Assembly: GCA_965219995.1 (NCBI GenBank)
Contig: CBDCOX010000002.1
Coordinates: forward strand, 5,056,001 to 5,120,000
Length of the DNA stretch: 64,000 nt
Direction of reading: 5' to 3'
DNA from: Candidatus Latescibacterota bacterium
GTDB lineage: Bacteria; Latescibacterota; UBA2968; GCA-2709665
In this document: positions 1 through 10,447 of the stretch, one piece after another
How the letters are laid out: every line of letters starts with the position of its first letter
Numbering within the stretch: the first letter of the stretch is position 1
Notes under the pieces: generated by a model
What the model saw: only the letters and a program-made list of their open reading frames with translations
What the model was told of the DNA's origin: nothing
Databases searched by the model: none
Translations under genes and position numbers: made by a program

Positions 1-75
1 GAGACGAGTTGGCATAATGGCAGCCGCGAGGGAACGCGCATGTATAGATGAATTCGAATTCGGGGGTCCGTACCA

Positions 76-1356
76 ATGAAAGTCTTGATTGTGGGAAAGG
101 GAGGCCGCGAGCACGCGTTCGCCTGGAAGATTTCCCGGAGTCCGAAGGTAAGCGGCATCTATGCAGCCCCGGGCAACCCCGGTATGGCGAGACATGCCAC
201 CTGCGTGGATATCGGCGTCGACGATCTGGACGGTCTGGTGGGATTTGCACAGCGGGAGCGTATCGACCTGACGGTGGTGGGTCCGGAGGACCCGCTTGCG
301 GACGGGCTTGCAGACCGGTTCGAAGCGGTCGGGCTCCGGGTGTTCGGTCCCTCGCGACAGGCGGCGCAGATTGAGGCCGATAAGGATTTCGCGCTCCGCC
401 TGATGCACAGATACGACATTCCAACCGGTCAATATCGGACGTTTACGGACCCGGACGCCGCGCGCGGGTTCGTCCGGGACTGGGGGGCGCCGGTCGTGTT
501 GAAAGCCTCGGGTCTGGCCGCGGGAAAGGGCGCGCTCGTGTGCCGCTCGGTCGACGAGGCGCTACACGCCGTAAACAGAGTGCTGGTGGACCGGGAGTTC
601 GGCGCCGCGGGTGACAGGCTGGTCGTCATGGAATACCTGGAGGGCGAGGAAGCCTCGATTACGGGGTTTACCGACGGGGAACACGTGGTGTGCATCGTAC
701 CGTCGCAGGACCACAAGACCATCGGCGAGGGCGATACGGGCCCCAATACGGGCGGGATGGGCGCGTACGCGCCGGCCCCGGTGGTGACGCGGGAGATGCA
801 GCAATCCATTCTCGAACGCGTGATGATTCCCACCGTGAAGGCGCTGGCCGCGGAAGGGCGGCCCTACAAGGGGATCCTCTATGGCGGCCTGATCATTACC
901 GAGCGCGGCCCCCGGGTCATTGAATTCAACTGCCGCCTGGGCGACCCCGAGGCGCAGGTCGTGCTGCCGCTGCTCAAGACCGATCTTGTCGACATTATGG
1001 TGGCGGTGTGCGACGGCACGCTCAAAGACCTGGAGATTGAACTGGACAGCCGGGCCGCGACCTGCGTCGTTCTGGCCTCCGGAGGGTATCCCGGCGAAGT
1101 TGAAACGGGAGTTGCCATTTCGGGCATGGACGAGGCGGAGGCGCTGGACGACGTGATGGTGTTCCACGCGGGCACCGCGCGGAATGAAGGCGCAACGGTG
1201 ACCGGCGGCGGCCGGGTTCTGGGCGTTACGGCCATCGGCGAGGACATTCGGGCTTCGATCCATCGCGCTTATGAGGCAGTCGGGAAGATACAGTTCGATC
1301 ACGCAACCTACCGGAGGGACATCGGACACCGTGCACTGGCGCGACAGGAGGTGTGA
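76..1356 (+). CDS. purD: phosphoribosylamine--glycine ligase
   Basis: MKVLIVGKGGREHA N-terminus; APGNPG, VVGPE, GLAAGKG, QDHK...GPNTGGMGAY, EFNCRLGDPE, FHAGT and GGRVL motifs. Confidence 0.98.
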   Translation: MKVLIVGKGGREHAFAWKISRSPKVSGIYAAPGNPGMARHATCVDIGVDDLDGLVGFAQRERIDLTVVGPEDPLADGLADRFEAVGLRVFGPSRQAAQIEADKDFALRLMHRYDIPTGQYRTFTDPDAARGFVRDWGAPVVLKASGLAAGKGALVCRSVDEALHAVNRVLVDREFGAAGDRLVVMEYLEGEEASITGFTDGEHVVCIVPSQDHKTIGEGDTGPNTGGMGAYAPAPVVTREMQQSILERVMIPTVKALAAEGRPYKGILYGGLIITERGPRVIEFNCRLGDPEAQVVLPLLKTDLVDIMVAVCDGTLKDLEIELDSRAATCVVLASGGYPGEVETGVAISGMDEAEALDDVMVFHAGTARNEGATVTGGGRVLGVTAIGEDIRASIHRAYEAVGKIQFDHATYRRDIGHRALARQEV

Positions 1357-1391
1357 TGTCTCCGGTCCGATGTTTCGGCGGGTGACGGAAG

Positions 1392-2600
1392 ATGGATACG
1401 GGCGCTGACGAACAGAACAGGAGGGTTCGGACGGCGGTGTTGGAAGCCGTTCTGGACCAGGGATCGTTTCTGCGGCTTACGATGAGCGGGAACGTCCGCG
1501 GTCAGCCGGCGCCATGGGTCAAGGTCGTGGCGAGGCCGGTGGCGGCGAAGCGCCAGCGGGGAATTCAGGTTTCGTATTTCGGCGAAAGGAAGAGCCTGCA
1601 GAAGAATTTTACGGAGGAAAACGTCGGCCCCGCGATCGAGGCATTGCTGGATCTTCCCTTCGGCAGGGTCCACGTGCAGTGCACGTCGATGGACCTGCAC
1701 GTCCGCCGCACGAAGAAAAATCGCGTGCTGATAAAGCACGGCAGACCGTCGCTTCCGGACGAAACGCCAGATTTCGAACACAATCGAAAAAAGCGGCGCG
1801 TCCTCGAAGAAGACGGGGCCGGCGAACTGTTGCGGGCGATCGGGATTGCGGACAAACGCGGCGGCGTGCGGCCTTCGATGCAGGGCAAGTTCAGGCAGGT
1901 CAACGAGTTCCTCAGACATCTTCAACAGATGATCGGATCGACCCGGCCGCCCATGCGACGGATTCACATGGTGGATTGCGGCTGCGGCCGGGCCTATCTG
2001 ACGTTTGCCGCGTACGACTTTCTGTCCCGGAAAAAGGTCGTATCTCTGACAGGGGTCGATCATGACCCCGAAATTGTGGAGACCTGCCGCGCGCTCAGGG
2101 ACGAACTGCAACTGGATGGCGTGGATTTCCGGATCTGCGAAATCTCCGAGTACGATCCGGAAACGGCGCCGGATGTCGTCTTGAGCCTGCACGCGTGCGA
2201 TACGGCCACGGACGAGGCGATCGCGCTGGGCGTCCGGTGCGAAAGCCGGATCATCCTGGCGGCGCCCTGTTGCCAGCATGAACTCCGCTCGCAGCTGGAT
2301 GCGCCCGTTTTCGGCCCGGTGCTCCGCCACGGCCTCCTCAAGCAGCGCACCGCGGACATTCTGACGGATGCGTTCCGGGCGCAGGCGTTGCGGATCATGG
2401 GATACCGGACGGACGTCGTGGAGTTTGTGGATCCGGATCACACCGCGAAAAACCTCATGATTCGCGCGGTGAAGACGTCGCCCCCCGGCAACGCGGAGGC
2501 TGTGGATTCCTATCGGAAACTGAAAGCATTCTGGAACGTCTCGCCGAGCATCGAACGGCTGCTCGGCAGGCCGTTCACGCACATGATGGAGGCTGTCTGA
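1392..2600 (+). CDS. SAM-dependent methyltransferase (Methyltransf_32-like)
   Basis: [15 protein letters not shown]-binding motif [18 protein letters not shown] and HTAKN motifs. Confidence 0.88.
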   Translation: MDTGADEQNRRVRTAVLEAVLDQGSFLRLTMSGNVRGQPAPWVKVVARPVAAKRQRGIQVSYFGERKSLQKNFTEENVGPAIEALLDLPFGRVHVQCTSMDLHVRRTKKNRVLIKHGRPSLPDETPDFEHNRKKRRVLEEDGAGELLRAIGIADKRGGVRPSMQGKFRQVNEFLRHLQQMIGSTRPPMRRIHMVDCGCGRAYLTFAAYDFLSRKKVVSLTGVDHDPEIVETCRALRDELQLDGVDFRICEISEYDPETAPDVVLSLHACDTATDEAIALGVRCESRIILAAPCCQHELRSQLDAPVFGPVLRHGLLKQRTADILTDAFRAQALRIMGYRTDVVEFVDPDHTAKNLMIRAVKTSPPGNAEAVDSYRKLKAFWNVSPSIERLLGRPFTHMMEAV

Positions 2601-2661
2601 AGCGCCGGCGCCGAGGGACCGGCAACGAGTCGTTCAAACGTCACAGAGGAGGAAGAGGATC

Positions 2662-3108
2662 GTGGTAGGCATAATTATGGGCAGCAAGTCCGACGAACCA
2701 ACGATGCGGAAGGCAATACCCATGCTGGAAGAATTCGGAATTCCGTACGAGATGACGGTGTCGTCCGCGCATCGGAACCCCGAACGGACGGGCGAGTATG
2801 CGCGCACGGCCGAGGCGCGCGGTCTCAAAGTCATTATCGCCGGAGCGGGCCTCGCCGCGGCGCTGCCCGGCGTGATGGCGGCGCATTCCACGTTGCCCGT
2901 GATCGGAGTGCCGGTCGCCTCCGGGGCGCTGAACGGGGTCGATTCGCTGTATGCGATCGTACAGATGCCGCCCGGAGTGCCCGTGGCCTGCGTGGGGATC
3001 GACAACGCGAGAAACGCCGCCGTGCTCGCCGCGCAGATCATCGCGCAGACGGACGCGGGCGTCAAGGAGAAGCTGGAGGCCTACAAGAAGGCCCTCGCGG
3101 AGGGGTAG
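2662..3108 (+). CDS. purE: N5-carboxyaminoimidazole ribonucleotide mutase
   Basis: [31 protein letters not shown] and QMPPGVPVA motifs; GTG start after GAGGAGG. Confidence 0.97.
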   Translation: MVGIIMGSKSDEPTMRKAIPMLEEFGIPYEMTVSSAHRNPERTGEYARTAEARGLKVIIAGAGLAAALPGVMAAHSTLPVIGVPVASGALNGVDSLYAIVQMPPGVPVACVGIDNARNAAVLAAQIIAQTDAGVKEKLEAYKKALAEG

Positions 3109-3136
3109 GTTCGGAAATCGGCTGGATGGAGATTCA

Positions 3137-3170
3137 GGGCGCATGCCGTGAGGAATGCGCCCTTTCTCTA
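3137..3170 (+). terminator. intrinsic terminator-like hairpin after purE
   Basis: AGGGCGCAT/ATGCGCCCT stem followed by TTCTCT, between convergent genes. Confidence 0.6.
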
Positions 3171-3193
3171 TGGTAGCGATCGGGTGACTGGCG

Positions 3194-4321
3194 TCAGGAT
3201 GGCGGCGTGAGGCGGGAGGCGGCGGTCATTTCCCGCACCACCGACCGGGCATCGCCGGTCCTGTTCAGGATCTCCACCTGCCGCTGGGCCCAGGTCGGCC
3301 TGGCCGCCAGGTCCAGATTTCTCTCCAGGTATGAAGCGCAATCCAGGGCATCGGCGGTCGACTTCAGCTGATCCACAAGGCGCCGGACCATTTCGCGCGC
3401 CGGCTGCAACTGGTAGGTATCGGAGTCAACCAGTTGGGCATCGAGTCCGTAACGGGCGGCGCGCCACTTGTTCTGCCGGATGAGCATCGGGTGGCAGTCG
3501 TGCTGATAGGCGCCGTGGTCGATGTGGTCGGAGAGGTATTTTACAAGGGACTGGATCAGGGCGACCAGGCCCAGGGTATCGTGGAAGTTGCCTGGAATGT
3601 CGCAGATGCGGATTTCGACCGTACCGAATTTGTTGTGGGGTCGAACGTCCCACCAGATTTCCCGGATGGTCTCGATATAGCCGGTTTCCACGAGGTGGTT
3701 CACCAGCCAGACGTATTCACTCCAGTTGCGCATCAGCGGCGGCAGCCCGGCGGTGGGCAGGCCGTCCATGATCTTGGACCGCCAGGAGCAGACCCCGGTA
3801 TTCCGGCCCTCCCAGAAGGGGCTGTTGCAGCTCGACGCCAGCAGGAGCGGCATGTAACGCAGGATGAATTCGCAGATCATGACCGCCTTGTCGCCGCTGT
3901 CCACGCCCACGTGCACGTGCAGGCCGAACGTGACCAGCTGGCGCGCCGTGTCCTGCAGCAGATCCACCAGGCCGGCGTATCGCTTGTTGGGCGTGATCTC
4001 CTGATCGCGCCACGTCGAGAACGGATGGGTTGCGGACCAGAAGAGTCTCACGTTCTCTCGATCGGCAACTGCCTCGAGGGCGCACAGCTTCTCTCTGAGA
4101 TCCGCTTCGACCTCCTTGAGGTTCATGCAGACGTCGGAGTTGATTTCCACGTAACACTGCATCAACTCCGGCTTGATCGTTCCCTCGAGTTGCGGTGGGA
4201 CCCGCGCGATGAGCCCCTGGCTGGCGCTTCGCAGGGCCATCGTGCGACAGTCAACGAGCGCAAGCTCGATCTCCACGCCGACCGTGGGTTGCAGGCTGGG
4301 GTTGAACTCCATTCGGCTCAT
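3194..4321 (-). CDS. YbdK-family carboxylate-amine ligase (GCS2 glutamate--cysteine ligase-like)
   Basis: TVGVEIE, FGLHVHVG, NSPFWEG, IWWDVRP, GTVEIRICD and NKWRAARYG motifs; start moved to the ATG at 4321, which overlaps the upstream stop (ATGA). Confidence 0.93.
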   Translation of the reverse strand: MSRMEFNPSLQPTVGVEIELALVDCRTMALRSASQGLIARVPPQLEGTIKPELMQCYVEINSDVCMNLKEVEADLREKLCALEAVADRENVRLFWSATHPFSTWRDQEITPNKRYAGLVDLLQDTARQLVTFGLHVHVGVDSGDKAVMICEFILRYMPLLLASSCNSPFWEGRNTGVCSWRSKIMDGLPTAGLPPLMRNWSEYVWLVNHLVETGYIETIREIWWDVRPHNKFGTVEIRICDIPGNFHDTLGLVALIQSLVKYLSDHIDHGAYQHDCHPMLIRQNKWRAARYGLDAQLVDSDTYQLQPAREMVRRLVDQLKSTADALDCASYLERNLDLAARPTWAQRQVEILNRTGDARSVVREMTAASRLTPPS

Positions 4322-5556
4322 TGATCTGCCTCTTTGTCGTGAGTTTTCGGTTCCGACCAGTACACGATCGCGCGCGCCAGAATCTTCGCGCCGATGCCCA
4401 GCGCGCGTTCGTCGATGTCGAAATCCGGTGAATGCAGGCCCGTCACCGGCGTTCCGGGAGCCGAGCATCCGAGGCGAAACAGGCTGCCTGGAACGTGGTT
4501 GAGATAGTGGGCGAAATCATCGCCTCCCATACTGGGCTGTGCGATATACTGGACCCGATCGGGTCCGAGCAGATCGACCGCGCAGTCCCGGATCAGATCG
4601 GTCAGGTCCGGATCGTTCAGGACCGATGGAGGCCCCGATCTGAACGTGATGTCGATTTCCGTGCCGGACGTCCGCGACACCCCCTCCCCGACCTCCCGCA
4701 CCCGTTCCAGGGCCCGGCGGCGCGCATCTGTATCGAGGCTGCGTACGGTGCCCCTGAGCACCGCGCGATCGGGAATCGCATTGTAACGGCTTCCGGCTGT
4801 CACGGAACCGACCGTAAGGACCACGGTATGGCGCGGATCGAGCGACCTCGGCACCGCCACGTAAAACGCATTGATCAACTGGGCTGCCGCGGCAATGGGA
4901 TCCCTGGACTCATAGGGTCGTGCGGCGTGGCCGCCGCTGCCCCGGACGAGCACGTGCATCTCATCGCAATGCGCGGTCAGGACCCCCGATCGATGCCCGA
5001 TGGTTCCGGCGGGGCGCGACGGGTCCACGTGGAGCGCCAGCATCGCGTTGACGCCGTGGAGCGCACCGGCTTCGATCATTTCCAGCGCGCCCTGGTTGGT
5101 CTCTTCGGCCGGCTGAAAGACGGCCCGCCACGAAGCGGGCCAGGGCAAACTTCCGGATTTTCCGGCGGCGTCGAGCGCCAGAGCGGCCCCCAGCACCGCT
5201 GCGGCATGGGCGTCGTGGCCGCAGGCGTGCATCGCCCCGCGCACGCTGCTGCGATAGTCGACGGCTTTGGCGTCCTGGATGGGCAGTGCGTCCAGGTCGG
5301 CCCTCATGGCGATTCTCGGCCCGGACCCGTTCCCGGCAGACTCGGCGATCACCCCGCGTCCCGCGGGGCCCGTGCGGGCGTGGAAGCCGTCGGACGCCAA
5401 CTGCTCTTCCAGATACCGGGTGGTCTCCGTTTCCTCGCCGCTTACCTCGGGATGGGTATGAAGATGCCTCCTGGTCTGCACCATGCGGTCGTGCAACGCA
5501 TCGACGGTACGGTCGAGTTGTGTGATCCAGGACGCCTGATTTGTTGTCGTATTCAT
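4318..5556 (-). CDS. M20D-family amidohydrolase
   Basis: RRHLHTHPE, RADLDALP, MHACGHDAH, FQPAEE, GGHAARP and LHSPDF motifs; start placed at MNTTT. Confidence 0.92.
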   Translation of the reverse strand: MNTTTNQASWITQLDRTVDALHDRMVQTRRHLHTHPEVSGEETETTRYLEEQLASDGFHARTGPAGRGVIAESAGNGSGPRIAMRADLDALPIQDAKAVDYRSSVRGAMHACGHDAHAAAVLGAALALDAAGKSGSLPWPASWRAVFQPAEETNQGALEMIEAGALHGVNAMLALHVDPSRPAGTIGHRSGVLTAHCDEMHVLVRGSGGHAARPYESRDPIAAAAQLINAFYVAVPRSLDPRHTVVLTVGSVTAGSRYNAIPDRAVLRGTVRSLDTDARRRALERVREVGEGVSRTSGTEIDITFRSGPPSVLNDPDLTDLIRDCAVDLLGPDRVQYIAQPSMGGDDFAHYLNHVPGSLFRLGCSAPGTPVTGLHSPDFDIDERALGIGAKILARAIVYWSEPKTHDKEADQ

Positions 5557-5644
5557 AAGGAAAGCAGGACCGTTATGCCTGCATCGGCGGCGGTATCGTA
5601 AGGAATCCCAGGTCGGCACAAAAAAGCCGGATTGAACAAATGAC

Positions 5645-5675
5645 GACGGGACAGGCTTTGCGCCTGCCCCGTTTT
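5645..5675 (-). terminator. hairpin, possible terminator downstream of the transaldolase gene
   Basis: ACGGGACAGGC/GCCTGCCCCGT imperfect stem; U-tract weak. Confidence 0.4.
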
Positions 5676-5729
5676 CAATAATCCCCGGATTCCGGGAGGT
5701 GGCGGTACCGGCGCGCCAATATCAGAATG

Positions 5730-7670
5730 CTAACCCGCGACCTCTCTGGCGATGGCGACGCATTTGGCGGCGAAGGTGTCGTAGGCGGCCCGGAACTCGG
5801 CGCTGGTTTTCTGCACCGAACCGAATTCAGGCCAGTCGTCGGGTTCCAGGCCTTTGATCTGCCAGCCGGTGACGTCGATGCCGACGACGTTCTGCAGGAA
5901 GTCCTTGAGGGACGGCGTCAGGTCGTACCCGCGGCAGAAATCGGGAAGTTCGCGCAGGCGCTGGTCCACGCCGGGTTCGTAGGAATCCAGCACCGCGTCA
6001 CGAAAGTCCTCGAGGCGGAAGCCGTCGGCTTCGGATGCCTCCTGGACAGCGCGCGCGTGGTTCGGAAATTCGGTGTTGCACATGTTGGACGCGCCCAATG
6101 TGTGGAAGGAGTCTTCGGGAATGCGTTTGGAAGCAGGAAGGACGTCCATGGAATCCACGATCCACTTTGCCTGGTCGTCCGTGACGCCGTAGGTCTTGCA
6201 AAGGTGTGCGACCCATTTCGGCCGGTTTTCCGGGCTGAAGAAAACCCAGTAGACGCGGCGGGCCACGAGGGTGCCCGCTTTTTTCAGATCTTCTTCCAGC
6301 AGCAGGATCGCGTCCGCGGACTGTCCGGCGGCTTCGGCGGCCTCCAGGACGATGGGGTGATCGAGGGTCTTGAGGTTCGCGTACGCGCAGACTGCCCGGG
6401 CTCTGTCGGCCAGAGATCCATCGTCTTCTTGCCCGACGTCCAGGTCGGCGGCCAGGGCATCCAGGAGGTCGGTCGCCCTGCCGTCACCCGCCCGCGCCGC
6501 CGCCGCGAGGAAGATCTTCTCGGCTTCGACTTCCCGCAGGTGACTCACGAACCTGCCGCCCATATTGGTTTCGTACGTGCGCACGACCTGGCCGTCCCCC
6601 TTTGCGGCGCGCGCCTTGCCCTCGAACGCATCCAGGATCAGCTGGACTTCCTGGGCCACGGTGTAGACCACGGTATTGTTGGAACCGACGGAATTGCCGT
6701 TGAGTGTCGTTGTTATTTTTCGGGCGGCCTCGTGGCTGGCGGCGACCTTGAAGACGATGTTCGGATTCACCCGGCCGGAGCCCTCGCCCAGGCCCAGCAG
6801 GCGGTCGTATCCTTCGAGGAAGTCGGCGGCCAGCCCGTACGCGTTTCGCGCGTCCTCGATACTCGCGTCGGCCTGATCCGCGATGTTGGGATTGAGCTGG
6901 AAGCTGACCATATAGTCCTTGAGGTCCGTATGCACCGCGAGCGGCCTGAAGATGGACAGGTTGGGCCAGAGGGCGATGAGGGTGGCCGCCATGGCGATTT
7001 CGTCGGCGTGGGCCTCGGGGTCCTGCTTCCAGTTGTCGTGCCTCGCGATTTCACATTTGAGTTGTTCGGCAAGGGAACCGTCTTCATCGAATGCCTTTGC
7101 CGCCAGTACAGGGTTGGTGGAGACCTGGCAAAATCCGTAGTGACGAAGATATTCCAGTCCTCGCGCGAAATCGTTGCCGAATTTGCAGAAGTCGTCGCCG
7201 ATCATTTCCCAGTAGACGCCACTGCGCATGTGGCGTTTGAGCAGCGTCAGAAAAGAACCGCCCGGACTTGCCGGCTTCAGGTCCGCTTCGATGCGTTCAG
7301 CGAGGAGGCCGGAGAGGCTGTCGCTCCCGTTGACGGACTTCATGTCGGCGAGGAATTCAGCCACGACGTCCGCCATGACGACCCCTTCGAGATCGTCGAC
7401 GGCGGAACAAACCTGCTTGAGCGCCTCGTCGGCCTCGTCCGCGCCGTACCCCACGATCTCGGCGTCGCGCCCCACAAAGTTCATGCCGAGCCGGATCAGG
7501 GTTCGGCACACCCCGGCGGCCGGGCAATCGTTATTCTGAATCGCCGACAGGAGTTCGTCCACGCGGGTGTTCAGCGTGCCGGGCTGCGGATCGATGAGAA
7601 TCCGGTCGGCGGCGGCGAGTGTCTGCCCGTTTCCGATGGCTTCCGCCACAGCTGAAACGTCGATTGCCAT
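5730..7670 (-). CDS. long transaldolase-family protein (646 aa)
   Basis: STNP motif, SFQLNP, Schiff-base-type Lys in NIVFKVAA, NNTVVYTVAQ and GRF; about twice the length of a typical Tal. Confidence 0.75.
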   Translation of the reverse strand: MAIDVSAVAEAIGNGQTLAAADRILIDPQPGTLNTRVDELLSAIQNNDCPAAGVCRTLIRLGMNFVGRDAEIVGYGADEADEALKQVCSAVDDLEGVVMADVVAEFLADMKSVNGSDSLSGLLAERIEADLKPASPGGSFLTLLKRHMRSGVYWEMIGDDFCKFGNDFARGLEYLRHYGFCQVSTNPVLAAKAFDEDGSLAEQLKCEIARHDNWKQDPEAHADEIAMAATLIALWPNLSIFRPLAVHTDLKDYMVSFQLNPNIADQADASIEDARNAYGLAADFLEGYDRLLGLGEGSGRVNPNIVFKVAASHEAARKITTTLNGNSVGSNNTVVYTVAQEVQLILDAFEGKARAAKGDGQVVRTYETNMGGRFVSHLREVEAEKIFLAAAARAGDGRATDLLDALAADLDVGQEDDGSLADRARAVCAYANLKTLDHPIVLEAAEAAGQSADAILLLEEDLKKAGTLVARRVYWVFFSPENRPKWVAHLCKTYGVTDDQAKWIVDSMDVLPASKRIPEDSFHTLGASNMCNTEFPNHARAVQEASEADGFRLEDFRDAVLDSYEPGVDQRLRELPDFCRGYDLTPSLKDFLQNVVGIDVTGWQIKGLEPDDWPEFGSVQKTSAEFRAAYDTFAAKCVAIAREVAG

Positions 7671-7784
7671 TCTGGGCCTCCCTTCACGTCACATAATGTT
7701 TCCGTTGCGTCCCATATCTCGCGTATTGCGCATCTGCGTTAACGCCGGGGAGCCGTCTGGTACCTGCTTGCTTCGGGAGAACCG

Positions 7785-8591
7785 TTACTCAATGCCCAGC
7801 ACGTCCCGCATGGTGAACATTCCCGGGGGCGCGTTCGCGACAAACCGGATGGCCTCGAGGACGCCCACGCCGTAGGAATCCCGGCTCTGCGCGCGGTGGA
7901 CCAGCTGGAAGATCTCGCCCGTGCCGCCGAAGATGACGGTATGTTCTCCGGCCAGGTCCCCGGCGCGGATGGCGTGGATGCCGATTTCGTCACCGGTGCG
8001 TGCGCCGACTTCCCCGTGGCGTCCATAGAGAGCCACGTCCTCCAGGTTCCGGCCCAGGCCCGCTGCCGCTGCCTTCGCCAGCGCGAGGGCGGTACCGCTG
8101 GGCGCATCCGTCTTGAAATGGTGATGCGCCTCGACGATTTCCACGTCGTACCCCCGGCCCATCATGCGCGCGGCGTCTTCGACGAGCTTCGTGAGTACGG
8201 TAACGCCGATGCTGAAGCTTGGCGCAAAGACACAGGCGACGTCCTTCAGGGCCATTTCGAATTCGGCAAGTTGCTCTGAGGACATGCCCGTGGTGCCCAC
8301 CACCATGGGCCTGCCCGCTTTCCCGGCGGTCCGTGCGGCGTCCAGCGTGCCGTCCGGTGGCGCGGTAAAGGCGACGACCACGTCGGCATTTTCGACGACG
8401 GAATCCAGGCTGTCGACAACGTGGTGACCGGTGCGCGCGGTACCCAGGATCTCCCCGATTTCTCGTCCGATGGCCGGGTTGCCCGGAGCCTCCACGCCGC
8501 CGACGATTTCGAGGTCGTCGGATTCCATGGCAAGATGGGCGATGCGTCCGCACATGCGTCCCGCGATGCCACAGATAACCAGGTTTGTCAT
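7785..8591 (-). CDS. dapB: 4-hydroxy-tetrahydrodipicolinate reductase
   Basis: GIAGRM, VVGTTG, EAHHHFKTDAPSGTA, IRAGDLAGEH and HRAQSR motifs. Confidence 0.97.
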   Translation of the reverse strand: MTNLVICGIAGRMCGRIAHLAMESDDLEIVGGVEAPGNPAIGREIGEILGTARTGHHVVDSLDSVVENADVVVAFTAPPDGTLDAARTAGKAGRPMVVGTTGMSSEQLAEFEMALKDVACVFAPSFSIGVTVLTKLVEDAARMMGRGYDVEIVEAHHHFKTDAPSGTALALAKAAAAGLGRNLEDVALYGRHGEVGARTGDEIGIHAIRAGDLAGEHTVIFGGTGEIFQLVHRAQSRDSYGVGVLEAIRFVANAPPGMFTMRDVLGIE

Positions 8592-8629
8592 TTGGATTCT
8601 CCGGGTGGTTTGCCTGCGCTACCGGATTT

Positions 8630-10423
8630 CTATGTTCTCAGCCGTTCCTCGAGAGCATCGAGTTCCGTCTGAAGTTCCGACGGCAGTCGATTGCCGAATC
8701 CCGCGTAGAACTCGCGGATATCCGGAAGTTCGGCGCGCCAGTGGTCCGGGTTCACGGAGAGCAGTTCCTCGACGTCGGCATCAGGGATGTCCAGGCCGTC
8801 CAGATCCAGGGCTTCGGGCGTGGGCACGAAGCCGATCGGGGTCTCGACCGCGTCGGCGGTTCCGTCGATCCGCTCGCAGATCCACTTGAGTACCCGACTG
8901 TTCTCGCCGAATCCGGGCCACAGCCAGCCGCCCTCGGCGTCTTTGCGGAACCAGTTCACGTAGAAAATCCTGGGCGCGTTGTCGCCCAGCCTGGCGCCGA
9001 TTTTGAACCAGTGGCTGAAATAGTCGCCCATATTATAGCCGCAGAATGGAAGCATCGCAAAGGGATCTCTCCGCAGCTTGCCCACCGCGCCGGCAGCGGC
9101 GGCCGTGGTTTCGGACGCCATGATGGAGCCCAGAAAGACGCCGTGCCTCCAGTTCAACGCCTCGAATACGAGAGGGACGACCGTGGAGCGCCGTCCGCCG
9201 AAGATAAAGGCGGACATGGGGACCCCATCCGGATTCTCCCATTCCGGGTCGATAACGGGGCACTGCGCGGCGGGGGCGGTGTATCTCGCATTGGGATTCG
9301 ATGCCTTGTCGTCCGACGCCGGGGTCCAGGCACGGCCGAGCCAGTCTTCCAGTTGGGGCGGCGGGTCGTCCGTCATCTCTTCCCACCAGACGTCGCCTTC
9401 CGGAGTGAGCGCCGTGTTCGTGAAGAGGCTGTTCTGTTCAAGGGCGGCCATGGCGTGCCCGTTGGACTTCATGCTGGTACCCGGAGCGACGCCGAAGAAT
9501 CCGGCTTCGGGGTTGATCGCCCGCAGCCTGCCGTCTGGGTCCTGGCGCATCCACGCGATGTCGTCGCCGACACAGCTGGCCTTCCAGCCCGGGACCGTGG
9601 GCTGCAGCATGGCCAGGTTCGTCTTTCCGCACGCGGACGGAAAGGCCGCCCCGATGTAATGTTTCCTGTTCGCGGGCGACGTGAGGCCCAGGATGAGCAT
9701 GTGCTCGGCCATCCAGCCCTCGTCCCGCGCCATGGTTGAAGCAATGCGAAGGGCGAAACACTTTTTGCCAAGGAGCGCGTTTCCGCCGTAGCCCGAGCCA
9801 TAGGACCAGATGGACGGCTCGTCCGGAAAGTGGACGATATATTTCTGTTCCGCGTCGCACGGCCACGAAACGTCGGCCTGACCGGGCTCGAGCGGGGCCC
9901 CAACCGAATGCAAGCAAGGCAGGAAGTCGCCGTCGCCGAGCGCATCCAGCACCGCATCGCCCGTTCGGGTCATGATGAACATGCTGCAAACGACGTACGG
10001 CGAGTCAGAGATTTCGACGCCGATCTTGGAGGTGGGAGAACCGATAGGGCCCATGGAAAACGGGATGACGTACATCGTCCGTCCGCGCATGGAACCGGCG
10101 AACAGTCCATTCAGCGTGCGTTTCATCCCAACGGGCTCGCGCCAGTTGTTCGTGGGGCCCACGTCTTCTTCGTTCGGGGTGCAGATATACGTGCGGTCCT
10201 CCACTCGCGCGACGTCGCCGGCGTCCGAGCGGGCGAGAAAGCTGTTGGGCCGCCGGTCCGGATTCAGCCGGATAAAGGTTCCCGCACGGCACAGCACGTC
10301 GGCAAGCCGATCGTACTCTTCCCGGGATCCGTTGCACCAGCAGACGTCATCAGGTTCGCAGAGTTTCGCGGCTTCGTCGACCCAGTTCAGCAGTTTACGA
10401 TTCGTGGTACGTGCGTTTCTCAT
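8630..10423 (-). CDS. pckG: phosphoenolpyruvate carboxykinase (GTP)
   Basis: [58 protein letters not shown] and WPGFGEN motifs. Confidence 0.97.
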   Translation of the reverse strand: MRNARTTNRKLLNWVDEAAKLCEPDDVCWCNGSREEYDRLADVLCRAGTFIRLNPDRRPNSFLARSDAGDVARVEDRTYICTPNEEDVGPTNNWREPVGMKRTLNGLFAGSMRGRTMYVIPFSMGPIGSPTSKIGVEISDSPYVVCSMFIMTRTGDAVLDALGDGDFLPCLHSVGAPLEPGQADVSWPCDAEQKYIVHFPDEPSIWSYGSGYGGNALLGKKCFALRIASTMARDEGWMAEHMLILGLTSPANRKHYIGAAFPSACGKTNLAMLQPTVPGWKASCVGDDIAWMRQDPDGRLRAINPEAGFFGVAPGTSMKSNGHAMAALEQNSLFTNTALTPEGDVWWEEMTDDPPPQLEDWLGRAWTPASDDKASNPNARYTAPAAQCPVIDPEWENPDGVPMSAFIFGGRRSTVVPLVFEALNWRHGVFLGSIMASETTAAAAGAVGKLRRDPFAMLPFCGYNMGDYFSHWFKIGARLGDNAPRIFYVNWFRKDAEGGWLWPGFGENSRVLKWICERIDGTADAVETPIGFVPTPEALDLDGLDIPDADVEELLSVNPDHWRAELPDIREFYAGFGNRLPSELQTELDALEERLRT

Positions 10424-10447
10424 TCTACTCCTTCCAGGCTTTACGGT

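Noticed and set aside
5727-7655. Long antisense ORFs (e.g. 5727-7655 +, 39957-41945 +, 1308-2582 -, 60533-62020 -)
   Set aside because: Shadow ORFs opposite well-supported genes, expected at high GC; no recognisable motifs.
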